33,024 nucleotides of DNA from a virus (IMGVR_UViG_3300023055_000253:1-33024); one strand, 5' to 3'; shown: positions 1-9,682, numbered from the stretch's first letter. Numbers and translations: made by a program. Notes: a model not told the origin generated them from the letters alone.

Positions 1-300
1 TTACTGTGCGGGGACGGCCACTTCTACACGGCGCGGGCGTTCGCCATCGCGGCCAGGTACGAGCACAACGATCACACACATGGCACGACCATTTTGCGTG
101 GTTGGTGTTGCCTTGGCCAATTGGCCACCCTGTGAGGCTGCCACTTGTTCTCCAACTGCCGCGCAATCACCAGCGGCAGCGACCAGAAGATTGGACTTCT
201 GTGGCGTCGCAATTGGCAGGGCACCGGCATCAACCGGCAACAGACCAATGCTAACGGCCAGAAGCGCGAAAATTTTGAGAGCAGGGTTCTGTTTCATCAT
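1..300 (-). CDS. Small secreted/periplasmic protein, possibly FeuN-like (modulator of the FeuPQ two-component system)
   Basis: Likely start MMKQ at 300 with GGAGG/AAGGG upstream. Signal-peptide-like N-terminus and two Cys (DCAAVG...MCVIVVLVP). The FeuN idea rests on recalled rhizobial synteny only; feuPQ is outside the window. Confidence 0.5.
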   Translation of the reverse strand: MMKQNPALKIFALLAVSIGLLPVDAGALPIATPQKSNLLVAAAGDCAAVGEQVAASQGGQLAKATPTTQNGRAMCVIVVLVPGRDGERPRRVEVAVPAQ

Positions 301-514
301 GTCCCTTATATAGCGCCTCCCAGCTGAACGATGCATGAACGATACACTCTGCTTGTCGACACAAAGGAAATTATGCTCATAAAACAGCTTCAACCCCATC
401 TCCGGATTGAAGCCATTCTAAACTATTGTTTTTATGCATAATATCAACCGGAACATCAGTCAATATTCCGGTTTCATGCATCTTTTCAAAACCTTGCTAT
501 CACGGATTATAAAA

Positions 515-721
515 TTATGAAATGCGTGAAGTTGCCCCTATGCGCCCAAAAACGGCGATAAGACCGGCAATAGCTGTAGCAAGCTGCAACAAAATATCCG
601 TCAGAGCCCCCTGATCCACAGTTTCACTGACCAGACCAAAAGCTCCGGCAAGTGATAGAAACAGGGCAACAAGGCCTGCCCAGACTGTGCGAGAAAGATA
701 CCAAGGCTTATCTTCGATCAT
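515..721 (-). CDS. Small two-TM membrane protein, putative holin
   Basis: 68 aa with KPWYLSRTVW N-terminus, two hydrophobic segments and a basic C-terminus. AAGGA RBS; last gene of the GTA operon. Confidence 0.6.
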   Translation of the reverse strand: MIEDKPWYLSRTVWAGLVALFLSLAGAFGLVSETVDQGALTDILLQLATAIAGLIAVFGRIGATSRIS

Positions 722-739
722 GACTTTTCCTTTCTAAAT

Positions 740-3700
740 TCAGATTCCGCTTGAGATATTGATTGAAGCAAAATCCCCTGCTCCAATTTTAGAACTCACC
801 ATTGCAACGCGAAGCTGGAAGTCGCTGGCCCCCAAATCCGAAAACCGGTCTGCACCGGGGTAAATCCAGGAAGCCGCTTGCACCTGAACGCTTCGGACAA
901 GCACATCCGAACTCCAGATTTCGACCTGATAGGCTTCGCGCTCTTCACCCAGTGGAATCTCTTCCCCAAGCCAGCTATCGGCATCAGCACGGCCGCGCCT
1001 GATCCAGCCGAACAACAGATCATTATTACTGAGCCGCTCTGCTTTGAGGTGAACAGGACTCAATGGTTTCAACGCCTGCACACCGCCGATTGCCTTTACA
1101 GTGTCGAAAAAATCGTCCGAGAACGATTTACCGGCCGCTCCAATGCGCCAGTTGAGTTCCAACCCGATTTCAGATGTTTGCAAACCTATGCTTTGAACGC
1201 CCCCATCCAGCAGGATGAAGGGCGTACCCGTCGGCTTTTCATTGAGGCTAGCGGCTTCTGTGCCAAGCTGCCCGCGCAAAAGACTGTTTAAGCGCCAATG
1301 GTTCTGGCCGATTTCTTGAGCATCAAGAAACTGCAGTACCTCCCATTTTCCATCGGAGGACTGCACAAGCGCGGTATTGGCACCATTCAGGATTTGCGTG
1401 AACGGTTTCGATTCCAACTCACCCGAATACAGCACCAGTTCCAGTGTTTGACCATCGAGAAGTCGCCCACTTGCCCCTCCGAGCAATGGAGCTGTCAATT
1501 CGCCCATAACGGCGCGCTCGCCGATCAGGCCGCGCTCGGTAAAGCCGTCATCGGAGGGCGAAGCATAAGTCGCGACCCCACGCCACGGCTTCGCATGACA
1601 GGCAATGCGAAACTGACCAGCCGGATCTTCAGCACCTGGCCAAAGTGGCAGGTCGATGAGATGAAATATCGGCTTCATATCCGAAACAGGTCCGCCCGGC
1701 GTCAGCTGCGGCGTTTCTCCCCTATCAGCAAAAGCCACATTGGGTGCCAGCGCTATAGCCTTGACCACCCGCACCTCTCCGTCTTCGATAGACGACACAA
1801 CATAATCGCGCCCACCGCCCAGCATATCGAGCCGCACACGATCACCGACATGCAGAGCAGCCTCAGACCACGGCAATGAGAAACTTGCTGTCCGCCGTTC
1901 GGCATAACGGCGCGCCATCCAGGCTTCAGCGAGTGCAGTCGCCTGTCCCGCTTCCATTGAGCCGGAGAGGCTGAGGCTTTCCGTGCCTTGGCCCATATCG
2001 CGCCGCACCGATGCACCGACCACCTGAAAATCACGCAGCGGATCGTTGCAGTAAAGTTCAGCTACCGAAGGTAAATCGCCCTGATCCTCAAGAACCGCGG
2101 TCAGCGCTTCGCCATCGGTCGGTTTAACAAGCACAGCCGCCACGTCGAGTACAGGGGCCACGCGACCAATGCTACGGAACTTGAACTGCCCTGACTGTTC
2201 GAAGCCCTGCACACCAAACACATTCATCAGTGGCTCCAGCACACCGCGAGCCGTGCTGGGCTCTGAAATCACGAAGCCAGTCAGATGCCCATCTGCGCCT
2301 GTGCAGTCTGCTTCCGGCAATCCAAAATCTGCGAGGATAGCTGCAATAAGCTCATCAAGTGCAACACCGCTCATGCGGCCATTGAGCCAATGTCCCAACC
2401 GCCAGTTTGGCGTGTCTCCCCACACATCGGCTTTTAGCGGAAACTCCGGAAAAGGTCTCGTATCCCATGACCAAAGATAGACGCGATCCATGTCGAGCAT
2501 CGGCCCGCCATAGATGGAGGAAACTGGGTTCCTATCCGGCCAGTAGTAATAATGCGCCCGTAGAAAGCGATCCATGGCAATATCGGAACGCGCCCCATTC
2601 GAAAAATAGGGTGTCGCGTTTTCTGAAGATTTCGGATCAGGGAACACATTCGGCTGGTTTGGCCCTTTATCGACCGCCGGGCATCCCAGTTCGGTGAACC
2701 ATATAGGCTTTGATTGTGGAGCCCATGCCGTTGGCGCGAGAGCCTCGGCACCATCAATGCGATTATAGTGCGGGTTGCTCCACCATGAGCGAATGTCTTT
2801 GTATCGGTAAACCCATGGCTTGCCCGCAAGCCCATCTGTGATTGGCGTGCGCTTGCGCTGCTCGCGGTTTTCGCTATTGGCATAATACCAGTCGAACCCC
2901 TCACCCGCTTCGATGTTGCTGCTCAGACCATCAAGATCGTAAGCACCTTCAAAACCATCAGGGTTGCCGCCATCAAGGTCGCCGTCTCGCCAATCAGAAA
3001 GCGGCATATAATTATCGATACCAATGGCATCGATGGCTGGATGTGCCCATAGCGCGTCAAGATTGAAGAAGAGATCGCCGGTGCCATCCTGCGCCTGATA
3101 GCCGAAATATTCAGTCCAGTCCGCGCCGTAACTGATGCGACAGCTCTGCCCGAGCTTCGTGCGCATTTCTGCTGCAAGAGTACAGAGATGGGTTATGAAC
3201 GGAAAGCTGTCGCGGCTTTCGCGGATGCTGGTAAGACCACGCAGTTCGGAACCCAGCAAAAACGCATCGACTCCGCCCGCCTGCATTGCGAGGCTTGCAC
3301 AGTGATTCAGAAAACGTCTGTAACCCCATGTTCCGTTGACGAAAGCTGCAACCTGATTGGCCGCTTCCAGCATCTTGTCAGGTGATCCAGAGATACCAAT
3401 CGCGGGACTACAGGTTATGCGCCCACGCCATGGGTAAACGGATTGTCCCACACCGCCGTAAGGCGACGGCAGCGAGTTGCCGGCGGGAACGTCCATCATG
3501 ATGAATGGATATAGCGTTACTTTCAGGCCGCGCGCCTTGGCATCGCGAATTGCATCCACCACACTCTGGTCGGATGGTGTACCACCATAGGCCGCTCCCT
3601 CGCCGCTCTGGGAAATCAAGTGCGCTCCGCTGCGCGTAACACTCTCAACTTTCCATGTCTGGCTCGACGACAAAGCACTCTGATGCGTAACACCGGGGCG

Positions 3701-4546
3701 TATCTGGCAATATCCCGCGCGCAAGTCATCGCCAAACCACGGCAGGACAATCGCCACATGCTGCAACTGAGGACAAAGCGCCTGCAGTTCATCCATGGCC
3801 ACGGTCCAATCGCTGCGACCGCGTTTTGCATTGCGATTAAGCGTGCGGCTTTCACCCGGCGACGGTCGATCCGTAACGGGAGTTGGCGAAAGACCAAACT
3901 CGGTTGAACCGGGAATAAGTGCGACAGCACGGACATCTCGCGCCAGCTTCCCAACCGGACGCAGAACCTCGAACTGAAACTGCGGCAGGCGATTGCCATA
4001 GACATCAAGCGGAATACGCTCAAACACGACATAGGCCGTTCCGCGATAGGCAGGAGCATTGCCTGTACCTTGCTTGGCTTCAATCAGCGGATCGGGCTGC
4101 TGTGTATCCGTGCCGTGATAAATGCGCATTTCGATTTCGGTAAGATCAAGCTCCTGCCCGTCGGCCCAGACACGGCGAATGCCAGCTATTTCCCCTTCGG
4201 CAACAGCATAGGCTGCATTGCCGAAATAGCTGTAGGAGGTCACCTTCGGACCGCCCTTACCACCCTGCCGTTCAGTCGTTTTCTTTTCCTCAAACCGTGT
4301 CGCCCAGATCAATGTGCCGGAAAGTCTTGCCGTGCCATAGACGAACGGCAGAGCTGCTCCTTCTTCGGCTGTTGCCACGCGCCCGCCATTGAGCCTTGCC
4401 CCTTCCATATGGCGGGTGGAGTTGATGATAGCCGTATCGATGGCATAACCACCCATTGCGCCAAGCCCTGCGCCGATGGCAGCACCCACAGGGCCAAAAA
4501 TGCCACCGACGGCAGCGCCCACCGCCTGCAGAACAACAGTCGCCAT
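740..4546 (-). CDS. GTA baseplate multidomain protein (megatron, g15; GTA TIM-barrel + phage tail domains)
   Basis: 1268 aa; MATVVLQAVGAAVGG start; motifs PAYRGTAYVVFE, YGGTPSD, GIDNYMPLSDWRDG, NQPNVFPDPKSSE. Confidence 0.93.
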   Translation of the reverse strand: MATVVLQAVGAAVGGIFGPVGAAIGAGLGAMGGYAIDTAIINSTRHMEGARLNGGRVATAEEGAALPFVYGTARLSGTLIWATRFEEKKTTERQGGKGGPKVTSYSYFGNAAYAVAEGEIAGIRRVWADGQELDLTEIEMRIYHGTDTQQPDPLIEAKQGTGNAPAYRGTAYVVFERIPLDVYGNRLPQFQFEVLRPVGKLARDVRAVALIPGSTEFGLSPTPVTDRPSPGESRTLNRNAKRGRSDWTVAMDELQALCPQLQHVAIVLPWFGDDLRAGYCQIRPGVTHQSALSSSQTWKVESVTRSGAHLISQSGEGAAYGGTPSDQSVVDAIRDAKARGLKVTLYPFIMMDVPAGNSLPSPYGGVGQSVYPWRGRITCSPAIGISGSPDKMLEAANQVAAFVNGTWGYRRFLNHCASLAMQAGGVDAFLLGSELRGLTSIRESRDSFPFITHLCTLAAEMRTKLGQSCRISYGADWTEYFGYQAQDGTGDLFFNLDALWAHPAIDAIGIDNYMPLSDWRDGDLDGGNPDGFEGAYDLDGLSSNIEAGEGFDWYYANSENREQRKRTPITDGLAGKPWVYRYKDIRSWWSNPHYNRIDGAEALAPTAWAPQSKPIWFTELGCPAVDKGPNQPNVFPDPKSSENATPYFSNGARSDIAMDRFLRAHYYYWPDRNPVSSIYGGPMLDMDRVYLWSWDTRPFPEFPLKADVWGDTPNWRLGHWLNGRMSGVALDELIAAILADFGLPEADCTGADGHLTGFVISEPSTARGVLEPLMNVFGVQGFEQSGQFKFRSIGRVAPVLDVAAVLVKPTDGEALTAVLEDQGDLPSVAELYCNDPLRDFQVVGASVRRDMGQGTESLSLSGSMEAGQATALAEAWMARRYAERRTASFSLPWSEAALHVGDRVRLDMLGGGRDYVVSSIEDGEVRVVKAIALAPNVAFADRGETPQLTPGGPVSDMKPIFHLIDLPLWPGAEDPAGQFRIACHAKPWRGVATYASPSDDGFTERGLIGERAVMGELTAPLLGGASGRLLDGQTLELVLYSGELESKPFTQILNGANTALVQSSDGKWEVLQFLDAQEIGQNHWRLNSLLRGQLGTEAASLNEKPTGTPFILLDGGVQSIGLQTSEIGLELNWRIGAAGKSFSDDFFDTVKAIGGVQALKPLSPVHLKAERLSNNDLLFGWIRRGRADADSWLGEEIPLGEEREAYQVEIWSSDVLVRSVQVQAASWIYPGADRFSDLGASDFQLRVAMVSSKIGAGDFASINISSGI

Positions 4547-4549
4547 TGC

Positions 4550-4984
4550 TTAACCTTCTGGTTCAAGGAAAATGAAAATTCCGGCTATACGTTTTTGCCA
4601 TTGCGGCACCAGCGCAGAAGCCATCACCCGATGCCCCTCATAGGCATGGATGAAACGGTTCTCATTGGCCATAATGCCAAGATGCTTGGCCGCCATATCG
4701 GACCGCCAGCGAAAAACGAGGAGATCACCCGGCTGCGGATCAGTGCCGTCGCGGCGCTGCATATGGCGCGATGCGGCTTCAAGCAGCGGATCGCCGTGAG
4801 CGGCCTCCGCCCAGTCTGGCGCATAGGTACCGGGACTTTCCGGCTCAGTGCAATAGATCGCACGCCAAATGCCGCGCACAAGACCAAGGCAATCGCAGCT
4901 GATACCACGCGCGGAAGCGCCGTGGCGGTAAGGCGTGCCAATCCAGCTTTCCGCCTCCGTCAGAACTCTGTCTGCAATAATCAT
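4550..4984 (-). CDS. GTA NlpC/P60 cell wall peptidase (g14)
   Basis: WIGTPYRH, CDCLGLVRG with catalytic Cys, KHLGI, FIHAY. Confidence 0.93.
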   Translation of the reverse strand: MIIADRVLTEAESWIGTPYRHGASARGISCDCLGLVRGIWRAIYCTEPESPGTYAPDWAEAAHGDPLLEAASRHMQRRDGTDPQPGDLLVFRWRSDMAAKHLGIMANENRFIHAYEGHRVMASALVPQWQKRIAGIFIFLEPEG

Positions 4985-5856
4985 GGAACCAGCGCGCTCC
5001 CGTCATATTCGTTGTTGGAGCTGACATAGGCAAAGGCGGCGTCATTGCCCGGCAAGTGCGGGAAGCCGCGGAAATTTGTACCATTGGCAAACTTTGCTTT
5101 GCAGGTGGCAAAGCTCTTGTCACAGCCTGCCACCAGTCGAAAACCGTCGTCCGGTTTTGCAGCAAGAACTGGCGGTTCTGTGAGATTCAGGCGATTGCCG
5201 CTATGTGCGAGGACGCGCACCGAACCGCCCTGATTATCTCCGCTTGTCCATGTGAGCCTCCCTTGTGTAAACCAGCTGCTGGCAAAACCATCGAGCCCAC
5301 TTACACTGAGAATTGCACCGTCGGCGCTTACAACAGAACCAACGGCAAAAAAGCGCGGGTCGTCGATATTCACGCCGCAGCGTTTATCGCCCAGCACAGC
5401 ATCGCATTGACGCAGAACACGCCGCCCACAGACAGCATCAAAAGCCGCAGCAGCACCTTTCAGTTCCATCACAAACCGGCCACCTGAGCGCGTGATTGCC
5501 CCGACCGTCCAGCGCCGCAAAAGCATGTGTTGATCTGGCATGTTCCAATTGGCGAGATAGCTCTCGACCACGGCACCATCAAAGCGCCCCTGCTCAATAT
5601 CGGTCTCGCTGATGCGTATCGAGGACAACACACCTTCGACATCGCCACCCGCGATGGAAAGACCGAGCGTTGTCGTGGCTTCGCTGCTGTTAAGACCCGT
5701 CAATGGCTCGCAGGAAATACCTTCCAGAACCAGCGCCTGGTCGTGATCTGTGAAACCCAAGACCACCTGATCGGAACGTCTGATAAGCCATGCAAAGCAA
5801 TGGCTTGTCACTTCTCCCTTCAGATGTGATTCAAGTTCTGCCGGGACAGGGATCAT
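4981..5856 (-). CDS. GTA baseplate hub protein (g13, DUF2163)
   Basis: LGFTDHD, CDAVLGDKRC, GCDKSFATCKAKFANGTNFRGFPHLPG. Confidence 0.92.
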   Translation of the reverse strand: MIPVPAELESHLKGEVTSHCFAWLIRRSDQVVLGFTDHDQALVLEGISCEPLTGLNSSEATTTLGLSIAGGDVEGVLSSIRISETDIEQGRFDGAVVESYLANWNMPDQHMLLRRWTVGAITRSGGRFVMELKGAAAAFDAVCGRRVLRQCDAVLGDKRCGVNIDDPRFFAVGSVVSADGAILSVSGLDGFASSWFTQGRLTWTSGDNQGGSVRVLAHSGNRLNLTEPPVLAAKPDDGFRLVAGCDKSFATCKAKFANGTNFRGFPHLPGNDAAFAYVSSNNEYDGSALVP

Positions 5857-6482
5857 GCCTTGACCTCGATAATGGGAATAGATGGGATTTCACCTGCTTG
5901 AAACGAAGCAATGCTTGCCGTGAGGCGGTCTGTATCGAAGCGCACAGGCACATCGAAAAGGAAACCAGCCGTCACCTTTGCGCCATCAGCAGGCACGTAA
6001 TCAGGGGTAAAAGATACAATCCCCTTGGCATGATCGATTGTGAAAGCCTCACCCTCGTTGAGCCTTACGCCGTTGACGCCAATCAGCACGGAACCCGCGA
6101 CAGGGCGTGTGATCGGTCGGCTGTATGCTTCGTAATGTTTGACAAGCTGGAACATGGCGGTTGCGCCATCGCCTGTTCCGATCACCTGATCGGTAAAGGA
6201 TGGTGCGGTACTGCCAGCAGCCGAAGAAAAGTCGAACGGATCGCGGAAACGGAAACTATGCAGCGATCCGCGTCTTGCCTCGAAAAAGGCAAGCACTGAT
6301 TTCAGATCGTCCAGCGAACGCAGACCGGTTCCCGCATCGAAATGTCTGCGTGAATGCGCCCATCGGGCATTGCGCTTTTCAAATCCTGATGTGAGCGTGA
6401 CGATTTCATTGCGCCACTCCGGTCCGGCCGTCGCACCGAATGAGACACCCAGCGGAAAACGGACATCGTGAAAAGCGTCCAT
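5853..6482 (-). CDS. GTA distal tail protein (g12, DUF2460)
   Basis: Start reassigned to ATG 6482 (MDAFHDVRFP). Motifs FFEARRGSLHSFRFRDP and FDVPVRFDTD. Confidence 0.92.
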   Translation of the reverse strand: MDAFHDVRFPLGVSFGATAGPEWRNEIVTLTSGFEKRNARWAHSRRHFDAGTGLRSLDDLKSVLAFFEARRGSLHSFRFRDPFDFSSAAGSTAPSFTDQVIGTGDGATAMFQLVKHYEAYSRPITRPVAGSVLIGVNGVRLNEGEAFTIDHAKGIVSFTPDYVPADGAKVTAGFLFDVPVRFDTDRLTASIASFQAGEIPSIPIIEVKA

Positions 6483-6483
6483 C

Positions 6484-7032
6484 TCACATCCTCCGTGCGC
6501 CGCGGCGCACAGCACCCGCAAGCATGGTTGAAAGCTGCGCTTCGGATTTGCGGAAGGAAGATGCGTCGGGCGATGTCATGTTGAACACGACCTGCACGGG
6601 CTTGGAGCCATTGCCGCCAGTTGCAACGCCCAGCCTGCCATCAGCACCGCGCGCCAGCGGCAGGATCGCTTCCGCACCCGCCTCACCCGTCAGGCCCAGC
6701 GAACCATTTCCCATGCCAAAATAAGTGGGGCTTGAAACAACCCCGCCCTTGGCAAAAGGCATGATGCCGCGAATGCCGCCCATCACACCCGACATTAGCG
6801 AGGAGCCAAGGCTTTGCAGTGGCTGAAGCCCAGCAGAAAGCGCTGAGCCTGCCAAACTGCTGGCAAGCCCGCGCAGCACATCATCAAGCCCCTTGCCAGA
6901 AACGATTGCACTTTTCAGTGCCGTTGTCAGGCTTGAGCCGAAGCTTGACGAACGCTTTTCAAGATCGGTCAGAGCGCGATCAAAGGCGCTCGTGTCCGCC
7001 TCGACGGAAACGGTTACGTTTTCATCTGTCAT
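6484..7032 (-). CDS. GTA short tail tape measure protein (g11)
   Basis: 182 aa, Ala/Ser/Gly-rich; FAKGGVV...GEAGAEAILPL motif. Confidence 0.88.
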   Translation of the reverse strand: MTDENVTVSVEADTSAFDRALTDLEKRSSSFGSSLTTALKSAIVSGKGLDDVLRGLASSLAGSALSAGLQPLQSLGSSLMSGVMGGIRGIMPFAKGGVVSSPTYFGMGNGSLGLTGEAGAEAILPLARGADGRLGVATGGNGSKPVQVVFNMTSPDASSFRKSEAQLSTMLAGAVRRGARRM

Positions 7033-7038
7033 GTTAAA

Positions 7039-7254
7039 TTACCTGTCGGGAAAGGCGTGCATCAGCGCGTCGAGTGTCGCGCGCGAAGGAGCATTCGTGC
7101 TCTGCGAAACGGGTCCAAGAACGGCGCCAAGTTCGCGTGGGGTCATGGCCCAGAAGTCTTTTGAAGAAAGCCGCAGCAAACCAAAACCTGCGCGCATCAC
7201 CTCTTCCCAGGGAAAAGGCTGACGTGAAGGAACCGATTCAACTGCGGCACTCAA
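7039..7254 (-). CDS. GTA tail assembly chaperone C-terminal part (g10.1)
   Basis: FWAMTPREL...LMHAFPD motif. The TTG start overlaps the g10 stop and lies in the -1 frame of g10. Confidence 0.82.
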   Translation of the reverse strand: MSAAVESVPSRQPFPWEEVMRAGFGLLRLSSKDFWAMTPRELGAVLGPVSQSTNAPSRATLDALMHAFPDR

Positions 7255-7589
7255 GGGTTTGAAGGAGAATCGCTTTCTTCGGTTCCGAAGGTCGCGGTGA
7301 GCAGTGCTGAAACGATGCGGGCATAGCCGCTCGCGCCGCCATCTGCTCGCATTTCTGCTACATCTTCAAACGGCACATCATGTCCACCGCCATGCAAACC
7401 GGCGCAGATGATACGCTGCATATCGAAGGCAGAAAGTTTGCCGCTCGAAAATCGGGCAATCAGATCAGAGAGATTGTCCGCTTCAAAAGCAGACTCCAGT
7501 TGTGCCAGCGCACCCAGCGTCAGGCAGAGTATCCAGTCGCGGCCATCAAGTTTTGCCGCAACCTCACCGCGATGGCGATTGACCATCAT
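7251..7589 (-). CDS. GTA tail assembly chaperone (g10)
   Basis: NRHRGEV...LCLTLGALAQLE; follows the tail tube gene. Confidence 0.88.
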   Translation of the reverse strand: MMVNRHRGEVAAKLDGRDWILCLTLGALAQLESAFEADNLSDLIARFSSGKLSAFDMQRIICAGLHGGGHDVPFEDVAEMRADGGASGYARIVSALLTATFGTEESDSPSNP

Positions 7590-7999
7590 AGTGCCTCTCC
7601 GAAGGTGATCAGTCCTGCGGATTCCAGTGCAATTTCAAACGTCACTTCCGCATCATGATTGCCGCCATATTCAAGGGCCACAATCTGGAAAGGACCGGTG
7701 ATGGTGCCAAAGTCGGGCAGCAAGATCTGCCAGTTGCGAATCTCACCATCAAAGAACACACTACGGATAAGAGCATCCGATGTTGCATCCTTGAATATGC
7801 CCGATCCGCTGATCGAAGCTCGTTGCACGCCGCTTCCGGCCAGCAGTTGCCGCCACCGACCGGCAGCATCCGCATCTGTCACATCGACGGTTTCGGCATT
7901 GAAAGCAATGCGCTTGGTGCGCAAGCCAGCACAGGTTTCAAACTGGTCCGTGCCATGCGCAATTTTCAGCAAGATATCCTTGCCGCGTTGAGCTGCCAT
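7586..7999 (-). CDS. GTA major tail tube protein (g9, TP901-1 family)
   Basis: Start reassigned to ATG 7999 (MAAQRGKDILLKI) with GAGGA RBS; GRWRQLLAGSG. Confidence 0.92.
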   Translation of the reverse strand: MAAQRGKDILLKIAHGTDQFETCAGLRTKRIAFNAETVDVTDADAAGRWRQLLAGSGVQRASISGSGIFKDATSDALIRSVFFDGEIRNWQILLPDFGTITGPFQIVALEYGGNHDAEVTFEIALESAGLITFGEAL

Positions 8000-8009
8000 T
8001 CTGTGTTCC

Positions 8010-8123
8010 TCGATCTTTTTTGCTTTTACGCGCATCTTAATTCTGATCGAAGCGGGATCAGAAATCAGTCCAATGGACTGATTTCTCCGCATAGACGGTT
8101 CCCACTTTTCGGGATGCGCTTTA
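8010..8123. repeat. Intergenic palindromic repeat (Bru-RS/RIME-like) with nested hairpins
   Basis: Minus strand reads AAAGCGCATCCCGAAAAGTGGGAACCG...AAGATGCGCGTAAAAGCAAA. It contains a perfect IR AGAAATCAGTCCA-A-TGGACTGATTTCT (8060-8086) and TTCTGATC/GATCAGAA (8041-8063). Confidence 0.65.
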
Positions 8124-8531
8124 ATTTTCCGGTTCGGTCACGGCGCGATAGCGCATGGTGCCGAGATAGCTGCCGAACCCGTCCGTGTTGCGGGCTAGAA
8201 CTTCGGTAAGCATGAGATTAACGACGCGATGGCCATTGAGATTGAGTGGTTCTTCATCGAGCCTCGTTGCGATACGCCCGGCAATTTCAAGCACGCGTTT
8301 GCGGCCTGCTTCACGCGCCCATATCTGGATATTGAGATAATGTTCTCCACCCGGCTCAGAGGCCGTATTCCAGTCCTTGCTCAGCGTTTCGCCGAGCGTG
8401 ACATAAGGAAATGGAGTCTTGGGCGGAACGTGATCATAAACATGCTCACCCCCAAGTGTTTCAATAAGTTCTTCGTCATTCTTCAAGGCGTCATAAAGTG
8501 CCTTCTGCAATGCTGCCGCGCCGTTCCTCAT
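8121..8531 (-). CDS. GTA tail terminator protein (g8, DUF3168)
   Basis: Start reassigned to ATG 8531 with GGGGAG RBS; ALQKALY, VYDHVP, FPYVTLG. Confidence 0.88.
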   Translation of the reverse strand: MRNGAAALQKALYDALKNDEELIETLGGEHVYDHVPPKTPFPYVTLGETLSKDWNTASEPGGEHYLNIQIWAREAGRKRVLEIAGRIATRLDEEPLNLNGHRVVNLMLTEVLARNTDGFGSYLGTMRYRAVTEPEN

Positions 8532-8667
8532 CTTGCTCCCCGCTTGATTTTTGAGTGTCGCGCCGGGCAATCAGCTGCCCGGTGGCAATATCCTCCCGCA
8601 CCGCGATTTGCCTGAAACGCAGTGCCCGAACGAGACCATCGAAGGTCAGTTTCATCGTGATATTCAC
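8491..8667 (-). CDS. Small hypothetical protein between GTA g7 and g8 (58 aa, not in the ORF track)
   Basis: GTG start overlaps the g7 stop (GTGA) with a GGAGGAGG RBS. Translates MNITMKLTFDGLVRALRFRQIAVREDIATGQLIARRDTQKSSGEQDEERRGSIAEGTL. Confidence 0.65.
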   Translation of the reverse strand: MNITMKLTFDGLVRALRFRQIAVREDIATGQLIARRDTQKSSGEQDEERRGSIAEGTL

Positions 8668-9002
8668 CGCCCCTCCTCCACCGCCAGGCAGATAAGGTAA
8701 CGTCCGCGTTCATCCGGATCGTGGACAGAGCGCAGCGTGAAAACACGCCCACCTTTGCGGAAGCGTTTGTCTGTCGCGATATCTTCACGATGACGCACCA
8801 GAATGCGGTGGGTGATCTCCGGGCGTGGCCGGATACCGAAATCCCGCTGACTAGTTGATAGGGGTTCAATACGACCCCAAACAGTCCCGATCTCCGACCA
8901 TGTTTCGCGATAGCCACCCATGTCATCAGCAACAGACTGCATGGCCTCCAGGGCCAACTCAGTCGTGAGCTGACCCGGATCAATAAACAACACGTTGTTC
9001 AT
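8664..9002 (-). CDS. GTA head closure/stopper protein (g7)
   Basis: DDMGG...W...VWGRIEP, THRILVR, DPDERGRYL (SPP1 gp16-like pattern). Confidence 0.88.
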   Translation of the reverse strand: MNNVLFIDPGQLTTELALEAMQSVADDMGGYRETWSEIGTVWGRIEPLSTSQRDFGIRPRPEITHRILVRHREDIATDKRFRKGGRVFTLRSVHDPDERGRYLICLAVEEGR

Positions 9003-9559
9003 AGGGATATTCGTCGCCAGCTATCGACCATCTGGCCAACCATCACAGGCAGTTCAGCCTTGGTTGTATCTAGGCCTGCGCGGTTCTCGTAGAGATGCGC
9101 AGTCAAAGTGAGTATCGCCTGTTTGAGCGCGTCTGGCACTTCAACGCCGGTTTCCCCAAACCCTGCAATGAAGTCGACCTCAAGGCCACAGAACGTCTGT
9201 GCATCGGGATATTGCGCCATGTAAACACGTTGCGGACGGCGGCCATGCTGGAGCATGAACTCTTCAGGCTCCATGCTGATTGCACTGCCATCAGGACGAT
9301 ATGCGACCACAGCTGTGACAGCTTTTACCGGATACTTGAAAATAGCGAGACGCCCCGAGCGCGGCCAGCGATCAACGCGCAGGCGCCATGTCTGATCAAC
9401 CAGTGCAAGCCCCGTCTCGGCTTCGACAAGCTCGCGCGCGGTCTTGATAATACGGCGCAAAATCTCGTCTTCGCTTTCAGTCGAAATTCGCAAAAATGCG
9501 CGTGCGTCAGCAATCGTCACCGGCTCCAGCGCCGGCGGCGTGACAAGAAACATTGTCAT
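8999..9559 (-). CDS. GTA head-tail adaptor (g6)
   Basis: PPALEPVT, VPDALKQAILTLTAHLYENR. Confidence 0.9.
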   Translation of the reverse strand: MTMFLVTPPALEPVTIADARAFLRISTESEDEILRRIIKTARELVEAETGLALVDQTWRLRVDRWPRSGRLAIFKYPVKAVTAVVAYRPDGSAISMEPEEFMLQHGRRPQRVYMAQYPDAQTFCGLEVDFIAGFGETGVEVPDALKQAILTLTAHLYENRAGLDTTKAELPVMVGQMVDSWRRISL

Positions 9560-9682
9560 GTATTTTCCCCTTAAATAACTCTCAAATCAGATAGTTACGC
9601 ATGCAACCCCAGAAAAAGATTCAACCTGTTCGCAAATTGAATCTAGCTGCCAAAACCGGCAGGGAGATCACTGCTAAAAATA

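Noticed and set aside
446-473. Hairpin AACCGGAA/TTCCGGTT as GTA operon terminator
   Set aside because: Long loop and no U-tract on the minus strand, so function cannot be supported.
4070-5029. 319-aa plus-strand ORF and the many other antisense ORFs (e.g. 27912-28682)
   Set aside because: They shadow well-supported minus-strand genes and have no recognisable motifs.
9575-9682. Short inverted repeats after the GTA capsid gene
   Set aside because: Weak stems; not a convincing terminator or ncRNA.
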